From NCBI GenBank assembly GCA_964016885.1, contig OZ024741.1, forward strand, positions 107,012,001-107,076,000: 64,000 bases of DNA, in the 5' to 3' direction. Both the position numbers and the translations under genes were made by a program. Source of the DNA: Eledone cirrhosa. Taxonomy: Eukaryota. The notes below the pieces were generated by a model, which was not told the DNA's origin, ran no database searches, and saw only the letters and a program-made list of their open reading frames with translations. Shown one piece after another: positions 28,852-42,966 of this stretch. The first letter of the stretch is position 1. The number at the start of each line of letters is the position of its first letter.

Positions 28852-29157
28852 TTGTAATAAAATGAAAACGAAATTTCATTTCTCACTCTTAGTACGGCAC
28901 TTACTTAAATGTAAGTATGTATGTGTCAGTGTTGAACAAAAAGGTGACGTGGTTGCCTTAACACCGTACGGCATAAATTCAGGCTGTTCAGTTTGTTTAC
29001 AAACGAACAAAGCGGGCGTTATAATAAGCGTCCGCTAAACTGATACGTGCATATATGTATGTGTACCTGTATGTATATGTATATATATATATATATATGC
29101 ATGCTATTGTACGTCTGTATACATATATGTATGTACGTATACATACATACTTACATA
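28852..29157. mobile_element. Truncated and inverted copy of the 52292-53140 family
   Basis: Shares aaacgaaatttcatttctcactcttagtacggc and tgtcagtgttgaacaaaa. Confidence 0.75.
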
Positions 29158-29336
29158 TATATATATATATATATATATACATTCACTACCAGAAAGGCAC
29201 CCAGCAGTCAACGAGCTGCTAAACGAGCTGCTACCAAGATGAAAACTACTGTGAAATCCCACAATGAATTTTATACTTGAATTTTCAAATCTCAAATTTT
29301 AACTCTTCTTATTATTAATTTTTCTTAACATTAATC

Positions 29337-29384
29337 AACATTTGAAAAGATGGCTTTTGGAGACCCATCGAAACCGGTCATTTT
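29337..29384 (+). ncRNA. Minimal type-I hammerhead, U3-A8 variant
   Basis: aacau-UUGAAAA-GAUGG..CCAUC-GAAAC-CG-GUC-auuuu; one mismatch in stem I. Confidence 0.7.
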
Positions 29385-29522
29385 TTATACTCTTTATTAT
29401 TTCCTTACCTTATAAAATTATATGTTTTTTCACAAAAAAGTATTCTGTCTCTTATATATTCCATGTGCCATTACCAACCTCAATTTTCTCTATAACCTTC
29501 GTTTTGTGTAGTAAATTACACT

Positions 29523-29576
<54 letters not shown>

Positions 29577-30305
29577 CTGTGTGTGTAGGTGTGTGTGTGT
29601 TTGTGTTTTTTCAGAAGGTACACTATCGGAGCTTAGAGTAGGTTGAAGTCTTAGCAATTGTAGAAATCGGAAACCCAGAAAATAATTGTAGCCACAGTCG
29701 ATTGCTATAAATAATAGAAAATAATAGAAAATCGGGTAAAATAACTCTATAGATGGAAAAAAGTAGCGAGGAGCTACAATATAATAATCCCTTTCCGCCA
29801 GGATGAACGTGGGTTTGCGCCTAGAAAGTTTCCTTCTGAGTCATACGCATTGGCAAGGTGTTTTAGCGGAAGTCCAGTAGTCCCCCATCCATACTAGTCT
29901 CCCCTCTTTACACCACCGATGTTGCTCAATGGAAGCTAGATGCTGATACAGATTGGTACCAGTGACATCACCACTCATTTCTGCAATAGAGTGAACTGAA
30001 GGTATATGAAATAAAGTGTCTTTCTCACCCGGTCTGGATATCGAACACACAATCTCACAATTATGTACCTCTAAACATAAAGCTACGCATTTTCACACAC
30101 AAAGGCAAGTGTGTGTTGTGCATTAGTTGTAAAGTTTTATACTCGTGATTGTTGATTGTTGTCTCCTTGACTTATGTCTGGCACATGCTTGGAAACATTG
30201 TGTACTGTCTGACATGTTTAGTCATGTGCTTTCATTGCAGTTACCAATGTCTCCAGATTTCTATAGACACAGACCTTGTCAAGTGCATAGAATATTCAAA
30301 TATTC

Positions 30306-30759
30306 AAGCACTTATTTATGCATACAGACACATACATATATATGCAAACAGCCATCCACAGACACTCATACAACACATATACACACGCATATATATATAT
30401 TAATATATGAATATATATATATATATCCAATCCAGTCCAGGGTCTTTTCACTCCTTTTGGATGAACCCCTCCCTGGCTGACCTCCCCGCTTTCTGTTTGG
30501 TTTTTGTCACGTCAGGTGTGTAGGCGTACTCACCATGCTTGGGCAATTTCGGGTTGGTGAGGCTATTTAACCCATAGTTGGAGTGGATGGCTGTTGACCC
30601 TGAGGAGATCATCCGCCCTTTTAACAGCTCTTGTTTTTTTGTGTTGCTGGGGTTTCCCACCACCAGGGTCTGGTGGGGGAACCGGCTTTGTCATGGACAA
30701 CTTGGCCACGGAGAAGTTGTAACATGTTACATGATGCCAGTAACAGGGACGCGGCTGAC

Positions 30760-30806
<47 letters not shown>

Positions 30807-31290
30807 AAGAGAGAGAGAGAGACGGAGAGAAAAAGAGAGAGAGAATGGGAGAGAGAGAGAGTGCGGGAGAGAGAGAGATAGATCGATATAGATATAGACA
30901 TCGATATATATAAATGAGTGTAATAGTTTCCTTGAAGCATTTGGGGATATGATAAATGGATGTGTTGGAAACGCTACAATACAAGTGGGGTTGTAATTAT
31001 GAAGGACGGAAAATGGGATGAGGAATGAAAGAGTTGAATGTAAGTTCATGAATATTACGTAATGATATTAAATGTGGCAGGTTGGATTGTGGCGATAATC
31101 TGTGGCTCTTCCAGCGCATATCCCTTACCATTCTCCGGGGAAACGCCTTCTCCATTCTGTCCACCGGGGCTGTGGGGTGGCCAGCCCGTGGGACCCCATT
31201 TGTTCACTATACAGAGAGATGGGGGCGATGGCGGTGGGAGTTCGACTCTTCCGTGTTCGGACACATTGGACATGTCAAGAGTGTATTTTC
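30306..31290. repeat. ~1-kb composite block, duplicated in inverted orientation at ~50030-50950
   Basis: Family-A-like repeat, microsatellites and CRE-like fragment in the same order in both copies. Confidence 0.85.
31060..31190 (+). pseudogene. C-terminal fragment of a CRE-like non-LTR retrotransposon
   Basis: LFQRISLTILRGNAFSIL resembles the FQRLS..IQRGNA motif. Confidence 0.55.
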
Positions 31291-31316
31291 ATATTTACAC
31301 ATCTTCCTGTTTATTG

Positions 31317-31387
<71 letters not shown>

Positions 31388-31395
31388 CACGCACG

Positions 31396-31473
<78 letters not shown>

Positions 31474-31484
31474 AATATATAAAC

Positions 31485-31515
<31 letters not shown>

Positions 31516-31869
31516 CATACACACCCACACACACCTGAAGGTTCATCATTTGATGTTTTCATTGTTGTATAGTTTGTTTACCGGACTAAATTCTATAATT
31601 ATTTATTTACTCATTTATATATCTATGTTTGGATGGAGGGTTAAATTAGCCATTGCACCATGTTCATTAAAAGTCTCGGCCAATTTATCTCTGAAACGTA
31701 CGTAACTGTCAATATTCAATAAAAGCATTTCATTGTGATACTTCGTCGTATCAAATCTTTGAAATAAAGAAGACTAACGAGCGGATCAGTTGACCAGGAC
31801 GGCAAAGACGACTTTACCCGTTTTTTCAGCAAGAGACCCGACCCCATCTTGTGGCGTAAGGAAAGGAAT

Positions 31870-32165
31870 ATAATGAAGAAGATGGGGCGTACTGTCACTT
31901 GGGAGGCGAACATCGATGATGCATTTAACCGGAAGGACAGGCAGTATAGGGAGCAGGCTGAACTCTTTGAAGCCTTTGGTTGGGAAGCATCCTGTTTACC
32001 TGTAGAAGTAGGAGTCAGAAGATTCGTAGGAACCAGGGCTGACTCGCTCCTCAGGTGCCTTGGACTGGCATCAAAGGAAAGGAAACACCTTTCGAGACCA
32101 TTTTCGGAGGTAGCTGAGAAAGAAAGTTACGGCATCTGGCTCAAAAGAGAAGGAGAATGGTGCGG
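31870..32165 (+). pseudogene. Restriction-like endonuclease C-terminus of a HERO-like non-LTR element
   Basis: TVTWEANIDDAFNRK..Y..GW..CLPVEVGVRRF...AEKESYGIWLKR..W. Confidence 0.75.
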
Positions 32166-34031
32166 CTGTCAAATTGAAGTGGATGGAGGCGTCTCGATCA
32201 GAATCACAACACGAGGCTCATCGAAGTTCATGCTGTTCTGTCGCGTTGAATTGGACGAACTAAACATCAAACACCTAAGATTGTGCAGTTGTGAAAGTGT
32301 TTCGTTGTCTACATTAGTGCGTAGCCCCGCTCTAGTGTCGCGGTGGAAGGGGTCAAAACACTTTCTGAGTAAATTCTTCATCCCTGATGAGAAATAGACT
32401 CCTGCATTCAAAGACGGAGTACAGCAGCAGCTATGTCTTCAATATATATATATATATATATACTTACAGAGAGAGAGAGAGAGAGAGGGGGGGGGGGATA
32501 TAGGAAATAGTAAGGATTGTGTTAACTCTGGTATCTCAAATATTTGCATTGCTATCCTTGTGTCCAAAGAGAAATCTTTAAAGAAAGGCTTAAAAGTGTC
32601 CGTGAAGATTTAAATCATTAGATGTCTATATGAATTAAACTCGGCTCCCCAAAACTCTCAATAATCGCCTAACATTACTCTGGTGCCACCAACGATAATT
32701 TTCCATTCTATTGCAAAAATATGCATTTAGTTAATGCATTCTAGTTATGTGGACGTGATTTCTTGAAAATTGAAAAGATTGTTGTTATGGTCAGTTTGGC
32801 AAACACCACGTGCTTTTCACTGACCAATCGTGAGATAATATTTCCAAACATGACTTCATTTATGAGAAAACAAAAGAAACAAAATAATAATTTAATAGAA
32901 GCATTATTGCCCGTGTTTTACTTGATGCTATTATATATATATACTTATGCATCTAACTCCTTCGAAAAATCCATAGATATTTCTCCCATTTGACCCCCAC
33001 CAATCAGCAGTTGTGTGTTTTATCACATTCTGTTCACCTTTTACCCACATTCAACATTAGTAAGAAACCACACAATTTAGTTTTAGTCACATTTACATCA
33101 CTCATTACTAATGTTTTTTTTTTCTTCTATATTTCTCTCTTTTTTCTTTTCTCTTTCATTTTGCTGCTTGCTACACTCACCGCTCGTTCATCTCTTAATA
33201 ACATCCGCCATTTTAGTTATAATCATTATATCTCTTATGATCGACCGTTTCTTTATCAGTTTCTACTTACAATGTTATTTTATTTGTGTTTTTTTTCTTT
33301 ACATTATTTTCCCTCTCATACAGTTCTCTGCTTCTCCTCCTTCCATTGAAGCCATGATTTGACCCAGAACGGATTATCCGTTAATGACAGTGCATTTGTC
33401 GTTGAATTTGCTTGGCTAAAATTTCTTCCATTTTGTTGGAGAGTCCATAGAGAGTGAGAAATGCCACGTAGAGAAATGGAGAAAATTGAGAGATAGTTTT
33501 CTACTGCTCTGCGTGTTATACATATATAATCAATGCAGCTTAAGACAACGACGATGCAAATGAAACTGAGATACATAAAAATAACTACAAAACACAAAAA
33601 TATATAATGTTAATTCCGTTGCTGTAAACAGATACAAAGTGAGTGAAATGCATGTTTAAACGGACGGGGTTTGGACATATTTCTTCTTTCTTCAATTCCG
33701 GTACAACCCCACTATAGAGACGTGATAAATTATAGCGGATCGCATGCTGAAACATTCAAACTTTGCATTCTGTATATAAGGTGACTGATATGGTAATGTA
33801 TTCGACTAATCTTCCCTAGTGAGTTTAGGTTGATCAATGTGTTAAAATGCTAACCTGCTCCAACTTTGTCTTCCAAACATTTGTAGGCAACAAAATATGT
33901 AAAACGTACCATTAATATATGTATATATATATTATATATAAGTATGTAAATTTTGTATATCTAAAGATATATGGTATGTGTACCAATAAGCATTTGCAAA
34001 GACCTTTAGCTATGCATATTGAAAAGCTGAT

Positions 34032-34071
<40 letters not shown>

Positions 34072-34264
34072 TCAGATATTGTACAAAATCACAGACCATG
34101 AATAATAAATAATAATACAACCAAGGGTTTAGGGAGGATTATAAAATTTTAATTGTTTTACGTACATTTCACCAAATGTAGAAAATAACAACAGATAGGG
34201 ATGATCGAAATTATTCTATCAGTTTAGTAAGACATGAGTATATGGAAATTAAATATATATATAT

Positions 34265-34420
34265 AACAAAAAAGGTGTGGTAAGATACCAAGTGGACCAT
34301 AACCCACCAGAGTACTCGATACTTAGAGTAGTAGAGTGGGTAATATGAAAAGAGTCATGATAACATTGGCTGAGGTCCGGCCGTTTCGAGCTCAGCCGTC
34401 GGGGTCCTCACTCTTTTCAT
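34265..34420. mobile_element. Family B palindromic island in (TA)n
   Basis: gaccataacccaccagagtactcgatactt..gtagtagagtgg shared with 42433-42635 and 59773-59970. Confidence 0.7.
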
Positions 34421-34501
34421 ACATATATATATATATATGTTCATGTATGGTTGATGGTTGAGAACAAAATAGTACTCAATACCAAAGTAGAGATTTAATG
34501 T

Positions 34502-34551
34502 TCTTGTCTGATGACCTTGTGATAAACAGGCAAAACTCCAGAGTAACAAGA
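34502..34551 (+). ncRNA. Minimal hammerhead with G12-to-A lesion, probably inactive
   Basis: UCUUGU-CUGAUGA-ccu..agg-c-AAAAC-uccaga-GUA-ACAAGA. Confidence 0.7.
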
Positions 34552-34766
34552 CTCACTATTTATCCATGATAAAATGAATATATATATATATTAAAATGAC
34601 AGATATATATATATATATATATATATATCGGCAGTCGAAGAAACAGTACCAAGCGTCCGGCCGGTCCCCTGTATCAAGAAAAGAAAATCTTTTTCGAGGG
34701 AGTTATTGGGTTTTTCCAAATTTAAGGGGTTACTTTTAGGAACTTTCATTGTTTTTATAGGTGTTG

Positions 34767-34824
34767 CCGTCTGAAGAGCTCGGGCTATCATAACTGATAA
34801 TCCTTAGCGAAATATGTATAACGG
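34767..34824 (+). ncRNA. Type-I hammerhead with intact core
   Basis: CCGU-CUGAAGA-GCU...AGC-GAAA-uaugua-UA-ACGG. Confidence 0.8.
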
Positions 34825-34883
34825 AGTTTTACATAAATCTGAATCCACTGAATATGGCCTCGGATCTTTTAATAATAATAATA

Positions 34884-35075
34884 ATTGTTTCTACTTTTGG
34901 CACAAGGCCAGCTATTATCCCAGTGTATTACTGATACTTTATTTTATCGACCCAGTAAGGATGAAAGGCAAAGAGTTAACCTCGGCGGGATTTGAACTCA
35001 GACCATAAAGGGCCGTAACTCTTTGCTGCAAAGCATGGGGTCCGATCCTCTACCGATACTGCCAATCCACCACCC
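34884..35075 (-). mobile_element. Main-family SINE
   Basis: Family match. Confidence 0.85.
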
Positions 35076-35182
35076 TTGTTATCCTATAATATAATATTAT
35101 ATATATATGTAATATAATTGCTTCTACTTTAGGCACTAAGCCAGCAATGTTTGGGGGGGGGGGGGAATGTCAATTAAATTGA

Positions 35183-35293
<111 letters not shown>

Positions 35294-35302
35294 ATATATA
35301 TA

Positions 35303-35976
35303 TATTGTTATACTTGGGGAGGGTCATATTGTTGTAATCATATTGCCAGAAATAATAACAGAACACACTCACTGTTTGGTTCGTTTTCGCTTCTGCATCT
35401 TTCATGTAAAGTGTTAAATGTAAAGCGAACTCCCAGATAAACTGTAAAACTAGAAATGTAGTCTGTAGCATAAGATGTAAAGAGGGTACTTGCAGAAACA
35501 TGACAACAACATACGTTGGTGAGACAGCTCGAAGCATAGGGGAATGAATAGACCAACACTGAGGGAAATTAAAAGGACCAAAAGACGGTTCAGTACTATA
35601 CGAACACGCCAGACAAAGACATGACGGTAATATAGTCAAGATAGAAATTAAAATAATATCTAATCATAGAAATGACCCAACAGGTAGGCAAATCAGAGAA
35701 GCGAGCCAAATAGAGCTTATAAAACAAAAGTTAAACAGAAAAAACGAATGGAATAACAACAACAACCATACCAAAACAAACAATACTGACTTAAGAGATA
35801 TATAAACAAATAAATAAATAAATATATACACAAGTACAATAACAATAAACACATATAAACACACACTAGTAAACAAAGATAAATACAAAACACCAAAACA
35901 CATACACCCAAACACGAACACACACACTAAACATTATACACACATGCAAACGCATGCGCAGAGACGGAGACAAAAA

Positions 35977-36015
<39 letters not shown>

Positions 36016-36298
36016 AATAAAAATGGCGTGAACATTACAATACAACGCAATAGGAGGGAACATGATAATAGTACGACTGATGATGTTGCAGAAGTGCAAC
36101 GAAAGAATTTTGTTAGACTATATATATATATATATATCTGTATTTTTAACCGATGGTCAATCAATGATAAACATTGATTGTCAAATAAATTAACTATGGA
36201 GATATAAAAGATGCAGAAGCGAAAACCAACCAGTGTGTTCTGTTATTATTTATGGCAATATTATTACAACAATATGACCCTCCCCAAGTATAACAATA
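35303..36298 (+). mobile_element. 5'-truncated Penelope-like element: GIY-YIG remnant between inverted pLTR ends
   Basis: CKTRNVVCSIRC...TYVGETARSIGE*..H...RQIREA..LNRKNEW; ~95-bp inverted ends; decayed HHR ctgatga-tgttgca-gaag-tgcaac-gaaa at ~36077-36120. Confidence 0.85.
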
Positions 36299-36360
36299 TT
36301 TGTTTCAACACATGATTTAATATTAAAAACCTTGCAAAACACACACACACACGCGCGCAC

Positions 36361-36463
<103 letters not shown>

Positions 36464-36488
36464 GACACACACACACACACACACACAC

Positions 36489-36558
36489 ATATTGGGTCGT
36501 CAAGTATGAAATTTGTAGAAACATTTTTCTACAAATTTCATACTTGACGCCCCAATAT
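36489..36558. mobile_element. ~70-bp hairpin, probably a TIR-only Tc1/mariner MITE
   Basis: ~33-bp near-perfect arms, 4-nt loop, TA flanks. Confidence 0.6.
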
Positions 36559-36559
36559 C

Positions 36560-38560
36560 TACCCTACGAATTTTACGTAGCAATGCCGGACTTATTCTCC
36601 GGTCTCCTGGAAGCGGTCTACTGCAACTGGCAACAGAACGGGAGAATTCCCAGTTCTGTGACAGGGGGCGTAGTCACACTAGTCAGGAAGGACGAGAATA
36701 AGGGGGATGACATAGGCAACTGCGACCCATAACTCTGCTAAACACAGAGTTACAGATTTTGGCCAAGGTGTTGGCAAAGAGGCTGGCGCTTGTCGTCGAG
36801 AAGCTGGTAGGAGAAGCGCAGACATGCGCAATCCCGACCAGGTCCATACACGACAACCTCCACCTCATGCGATACATCATAGAGAGGGTAGGGTGTAAAC
36901 CCGGCTTCGGTGGGGCCCTGATCAACTTGGATCAGTCTAAGGCTTTCGATAGGGACGACTATCGTTACCTGGATGCAGTGCTCGAGGCGGCAGGCTTCGG
37001 ACCCGTGTTCAGGGGCTGGATTGCTGCAATGCATAACAGCAACATCTGCTCAAGGGTTAAGGTGAATGACTACCTCTCGGAGCCGTTCCATATCGCGCGA
37101 TCCATTCGACAGGGATGCCCTCTCTCCTCCCTTCTGTACGTATTGACTCTCGAGCCACTACTGCGGAAGTTGGAGCTATTGCAGGGCATCCCTCTGGAAC
37201 CGGGACTGCGGAAAGCGGCATCGGCTTACGCCGACGACGTGACAGTAATGGTGTCGAGCGCCTCGCAAATCGAAGAAGTCGGCACCTTACTGAAGGAATA
37301 CGAAAGGTTCACAGAAGCGAAGCTGAACCAGGACAAGTCCATCGGTTTGCAACTCGGATCGTGGAGAGGCAAACCGATGCCTTCCGATGGCGCCGTCGGA
37401 CGCTGGACGGAAGGATCAGTAAAGTTGCTCGGGGTCTGGTTTGGTCCCGACCTCCAGGTGGAGAAGAACCTGTAACGAGGTGTCGGCCAAGGTGTTTGCA
37501 CTCACCCAGAAGTGGGCCGAGTGCAAACTATCCTTGAAAGGTCGAGCGGAGGTGGCTAACACTTTTATAGCGTCCACCATCTACTACCGCTTGACCATCG
37601 TGCCTTGTCCAGCCAAAACGCTCGCCAAAATGGAGCGGGCACTCCTCCAATTCATTTGGAAGAGGCGGGCTCCTTTGGTGAGAAGATCCATCTGCTGCCA
37701 ACGCCCTTCCAACGGAGGGCTGGAGATGCCGTGGCTGACGATGCGCAAACACGTGCTCAAGCTGCGGTATCTCTACGTATTCCTCACCGGACAACCGGTG
37801 TGGGCCCCGTTCGTGAGGCGAGCCTTCCCACGACTCGTCTCGCTGACCGAGCTGCAGTCCTGGGTCAAGAAAATACCGAGGAAAATGGGCGACTGGCACA
37901 TCGAATGTGCTCAGGCGCTCACAGCCCTCTGGCAGGCGAACCCGGCGATCAGTGGAGACTCCACTTCGTCATTCTATAGAGGGTTGATCCGCAGTAAGTG
38001 CGACGACGGGCTCGGTGAAACTCTGGGCGTAGAGGAAGACGAACTGGCCAGTCTGTTCGGTAGGACCTTCCGCCCGGGACCGATGGACAACTTCCAAAAG
38101 TCACTGGCCTGGGAGTGCTACCGAGGAGCTCTACCAGTTCGAGATAAGCTCTACAGACATGGGCGCCCGAGCAGGGACCCTGCAAAAAAGATCTGTCCGA
38201 GGTGCGTACGAGATGAAGAAACCGTCGCGCACGCATTCATAAACTGCACGGGCGTCACCGACCTGTGGGGCTATGTGGAACTACTATTGTCGCGGGTGGG
38301 ACCAATCCAGTTGACCACCGAGTCCATTGTCATGATCAAACCGCCACCCTCCTTCAAAAACGAAGGAGGAGCAGTTTTCCTTTGTGTGATAGCTATGGCG
38401 AAAGAGGTTTATGGTGGACAAGGTTGAAAGGGCTATTGGGGAAAATCGATTAATTTTTAAATTGCATTTGTGATAATATTTTACACGTTTTTATTGTATG
38501 TAAACTTCCCCCTTTGTATTTGTCCCCTTCTTTTGTGCCCCGGTGGCTAATAAAGAAACA
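36560..38560 (+). mobile_element. Tx1/L1-like LINE, 5'-truncated, ORF2 RT plus zinc finger, frameshifted
   Basis: LDQSKAFDR, SIRQGCPLS, YADD, CPRC...ETVAHAFINC; 3' aataaa followed by (TA)n. Confidence 0.93.
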
Positions 38561-38561
38561 T

Positions 38562-38711
<150 letters not shown>

Positions 38712-38991
38712 GTAATAATAATAAAATTGAAGACTAAAATCCAAAGAGGGCTCGATAAGGAAAATATATATCAAATATATAAGAACATATATATATATAT
38801 ATATATTATTAAAAATACTATTTATAGTTATGTATATATTATACTATAAACAACTATAAACATGGAAGGTCAGTAATTTATTACTACCTTATTACCAGTA
38901 AGATAAATAGCTCAATGTAAGAAGGTCAGTTGTTTTACAGAGCAGTAATATTGAATTCACAAGTATCAAAGTTATGTTTAAAACATTTATT

Positions 38992-39038
38992 CGCTGACAA
39001 TTGTTTCTTCCAAACCTAGGCTTGGAGTCTTCGGAGCA
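38992..39038 (-). ncRNA. Minimal hammerhead in the pLTR (U4-to-C variant)
   Basis: GCU-CCGAAGA-cUCCAAGC-cuag-GUUUGGAa-GAAAC-AAUU-GUC-AGC. Confidence 0.7.
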
Positions 39039-40352
39039 TTTTTTATGTTTGTACATATAATTGACCTCCTACTCAACCGAATAAACATACAGATACATAT
39101 ATATATATATATTGATGTTGTGTACAGCAGTTTCATGTTTACAGTGTGGGATTGATGTGACATATATTATATTATACTATATTTGTACAATAATTCAAAT
39201 TAAGATTAAAATCAAAATTAAATTTAAAAACAAGATTAAAAGCATAGGTTGTAATACATGCGACAGATAATACAGATAATACGAGAGAATAGTCCAATAA
39301 TTAAATTAAAGAGATAGTATATGCGTTAGTCATATATAAAGGGATGGAACAAGCAAATGTATCATGTATATATGAGTACTGTATGGCAAGGTATTACATG
39401 AGATACAAGCACTTTATGTGAATATGTTAGTGTTTTATCGTGGTTGCAATGCGAAGATATTTTCTGTATAGTTCAAATTTGTATGCGTGCAGAAAAAGAA
39501 AGTTACAGTTTTCACATCCATCACATAAGTTACGATATATTTGTATTCAATGTTTGTTATAGTAATGGATTGTAATGTATTGTAACTTGGTGTTATTTAA
39601 TCCATATTTATAGATTAGGGTTTTTCAGCTGCGAGAATTTACGGCGGTTTAATATCCGGAAGCGGGTATGTAATTAAGGGGAGTTAATGCGTAAGGGGAA
39701 GTAACTAGCTCATTATAATAATTAAATTCATTGCTCTCATAGACATTATATGGTGCCTCAATTGAGTCCCTTATATAAAAAGTTATATATTTATATTTAA
39801 TTTTAAATACAGTCTACTCTCTCATAATATATTAAAGGTGTCAATAGAAAGTTGTCTACCCAATATTATATAGTGCCATAATTGAATTTCCCATACAAAG
39901 TGCTATATATTTATATCAAATTAACCTTAAATACAGTCTACTCTCAAAACATATTAAAGGTTCAATTATATTTTTGTCTACTCAACATTTGGTAAGCTAT
40001 GGAATAACGTACAGCCGTTTGCATGATAAATTAGATACATCTCTTGAGTAAATAAATTCATTCTTTATATACAATGTTATTAATCTATACATTTAATTAT
40101 AAATGTATATATAATTCATTATTCCATATTACATATAAGTTAGACAAATCCCTTGTGTTAATAAATTAATCCTATATATACAATGTTATTAATCTATACA
40201 TTTAATTATAAATGTATATATAATTCATTGTTGCATTTAATATTTAAAGTTTATATAAACTGTATTATATTTCAATCACTATATAATTATATGTGATCGA
40301 AAGTAATTATATTAAAAGGTGGTGATTATAAGGATATTTCTAGAGTATAAAG

Positions 40353-41228
40353 TTATAGATAGAATGATTTGTGTAGAGGAAAGGGTGGATCAGAGAGAGT
40401 GATGTAGTGGTGGAAAGCAAGACCTAGATGTGAAGTGCTAATGGTGGTGATGAGTTCAAATCTGACATTGTTATATACTAGGTTTAAAGTTTTGGAAAGA
40501 GTGTCGGAAGCGGTGTTGGCATGATGCAAACACTTCCGATTATTTTTATTAAGGAGGTTAAGATTCGAAAATATTATAGTATGGGTCTCCGGTAGACAGA
40601 GGTTACAAAATTTATTAGGTGGTTTATACGATGCAGCCCTACCTACCACTTCCCATTGAAGTGTATATGATCTATTCCTAGTTTTCAGATAGTGTATGTA
40701 GCTTGATAGTGAAGTGGAGTTGGCTAGATTGTGTTTTTTGAAAGAATGGAGGTGTGAGTTGTATCTCGTCTTGAAGCAGGTCGAAGTAGAGCCTATATAG
40801 GTTTCAGAAGAGTTGTTAGTGTTGACCGTGCATGAGTAAATGATGTCCTTGATTAAGCAGTTGTTACCTAAAGGACAGGTTCTATTTGATCTACAGTTAC
40901 ATTTATTTTGGATGTTATCTTGTCGGTTATTATGTTGTGTAGAAGTCTGGTTGCTAGGTATTGCATTAGGGCTATGATGGTTGTCGTTCCTAATGTTATT
41001 GATTTCATTAGTGTTATTACTATTATTACTATTGTTGTTAGGGTTTGTAGTTATTATGTTGTTTTGAAAGTTTACCCCCTGCTGTGTTTTAGTTTGTTGA
41101 AAATAAGTATTAATCTTTCTTTTATTACTACTAGCTATATGGTATGCTATGTTAGGTGTGGTAGAGTAGGAGATTTTAATGGTGTTTTTATTTATAAGAC
41201 TATGGTACTTGTGGCCAGATGGGAAGTT
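40353..41228 (-). pseudogene. 291-codon start-less open frame: Penelope linker, zinc knuckle and GIY-YIG endonuclease
   Basis: NKNTIKISYS..PN, Asn-rich linker, CNCRSNRTCPLGNNC, DIIYSCTV..TYIGST..FKTRYNSH, CNLC..E, KCLH; FFNP motif upstream beyond frameshifts. Confidence 0.9.
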
Positions 41229-41846
41229 TTATCCAGGATTGAGAAGAAAGCCTTAGTAAGTTGGTAGAGACGTTTAGATTGTAAGGGGATTGAAAAATAT
41301 ATTAGTTCTACTATTTTTGTTTTTTATATCTATTGAGGTATTTCTGTTTATAGTATGTTGGTGTCTACTCTGGTGCGAGTTAAGTTTGATGCTACCCTTC
41401 GTATTAGTGTAAGTGTGGTTATTATTCTTATTACTATTTTTCCTCATGATTTTATAGGTAGGAACTCAATCCCATTATTATGGCCTGATTTAGCTAATGC
41501 CTGATTATAGTATATACATGATACATTTGCTTGTTCCATACCTTTATATATGACTAACGCATATACTATCTCTTTAATTTAATTATTAGACTATTCTCTC
41601 GTATTATCTGTATTATCTGTCGCATGTATTCCAACCTATGCTTTTAATCTTGTTTTTAAATTTAATTTTGATTTTAATCTTAATTTGAATTATTGTATAA
41701 ATATAGTATAATATAATATATGTCGCATCAATTCCACACTGTAAACATGAAACTGTTGTACACAACATCAATATATATATATATATATGTATCTGTATGT
41801 TTATTCGGTTGAGTAGGAGGTCAATTATATGTACAAACATAAAAAA

Positions 41847-41893
41847 TGCTCCGAAGACTCCAAGCCTAGGTTTGGAAGAAACAATTGTCAGCG
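41847..41893 (+). ncRNA. Minimal hammerhead in the inverted pLTR
   Basis: Mirror image of 38992-39038. Confidence 0.7.
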
Positions 41894-41946
41894 AATAAAT
41901 GTTTTAGACATAACTTTGATTCTTGTGAATTCAATATATATATATT

Positions 41947-42021
<75 letters not shown>

Positions 42022-42344
42022 AAATATAAATATTTTCATGGATATTGTTCTAATGAGATTTCCTCTTTGTTGTCTTGTTTTCATGAATTTAAATACGGTT
42101 TGGTGGCTAGGGCTCCTTTACATTCCTTTACATTTGAATTTCCTATATATAACGGCAAATTGTATTCTGATAATTTCTATCCTTGCACATGAAATTCTCT
42201 TCTGAAGCACCTCAATGGTTATTTTTTTACTCATTGAATTATGTTCTACATGTCTTGTCTTTTTCCATTCTCAGTAAATCCTTGAATTTTAGTGGCCTCA
42301 TTGCCAAGCTTGGAGTAAGTAAATAATACATATATACACATATA

Positions 42345-42432
<88 letters not shown>

Positions 42433-42435
<3 letters not shown>

Positions 42436-42628
42436 CGAAGGAGTTGTGGTAAGGAACCAGAAGGACCATAACGCACCAGAGTACTGAATACTTAGGGTAG
42501 TAGAGTGGGTAATAGGAGAAAGTATGGCCCCGACAGCAGAGCTCAAGCCGTTTCGACGGCTATTTCAGGGCTAAAAAAAAAAAAAAAAGCGTTGAAACGG
42601 CTTGAGCTCTGCCGTCGGGGTCATACTT

Positions 42629-42635
<7 letters not shown>
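42433..42635. mobile_element. Family B palindromic island
   Basis: gagaaagtatggccccgac..ccgtttc / gaaacgg..gtcggggtcatactttctc. Confidence 0.8.
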
Positions 42636-42667
<32 letters not shown>

Positions 42668-42754
42668 TAATATTAATTAAGTAATGGTTAATTAGTCTCT
42701 AATACCGAAACATCTCAATGAAAAAAATCTTTCAGAGAACCAATATTATTCTGT

Positions 42755-42966
42755 ATATTAAAATTGAATGAGAAAGAAACTCTAATTCTGGGAGTACAAA
42801 CAAGATAGACGAAAATAGTTTTATATCTAACTTCGCTGATATATAGATCTCCCTACCATGACTTCGTATGGCGAAGAATTATTATTGGGACCAACAATAA
42901 TTGAAGAATCAGTCTATCTTTTTTATACACCCAGAATTAGAGTTTTTTTCTCATTTACTTTTAATA
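42755..42966. repeat. Fold-back island with ~60-bp imperfect arms
   Basis: aatgagaaagaaactctaattctggg / cccagaattagagttttttctcatt. Confidence 0.7.

Noticed and set aside
37115-38236. Overlapping alternative-frame and antisense ORFs in the Tx1-like elements (also 55017-55706)
   Set aside because: Shadow ORFs of GC-rich ORF2 sequence
39400-41228. Selenoprotein/SECIS as described for some Naiad elements
   Set aside because: All visible cysteine positions use TGT/TGC, there is no in-frame TGA, and I could not identify a SECIS
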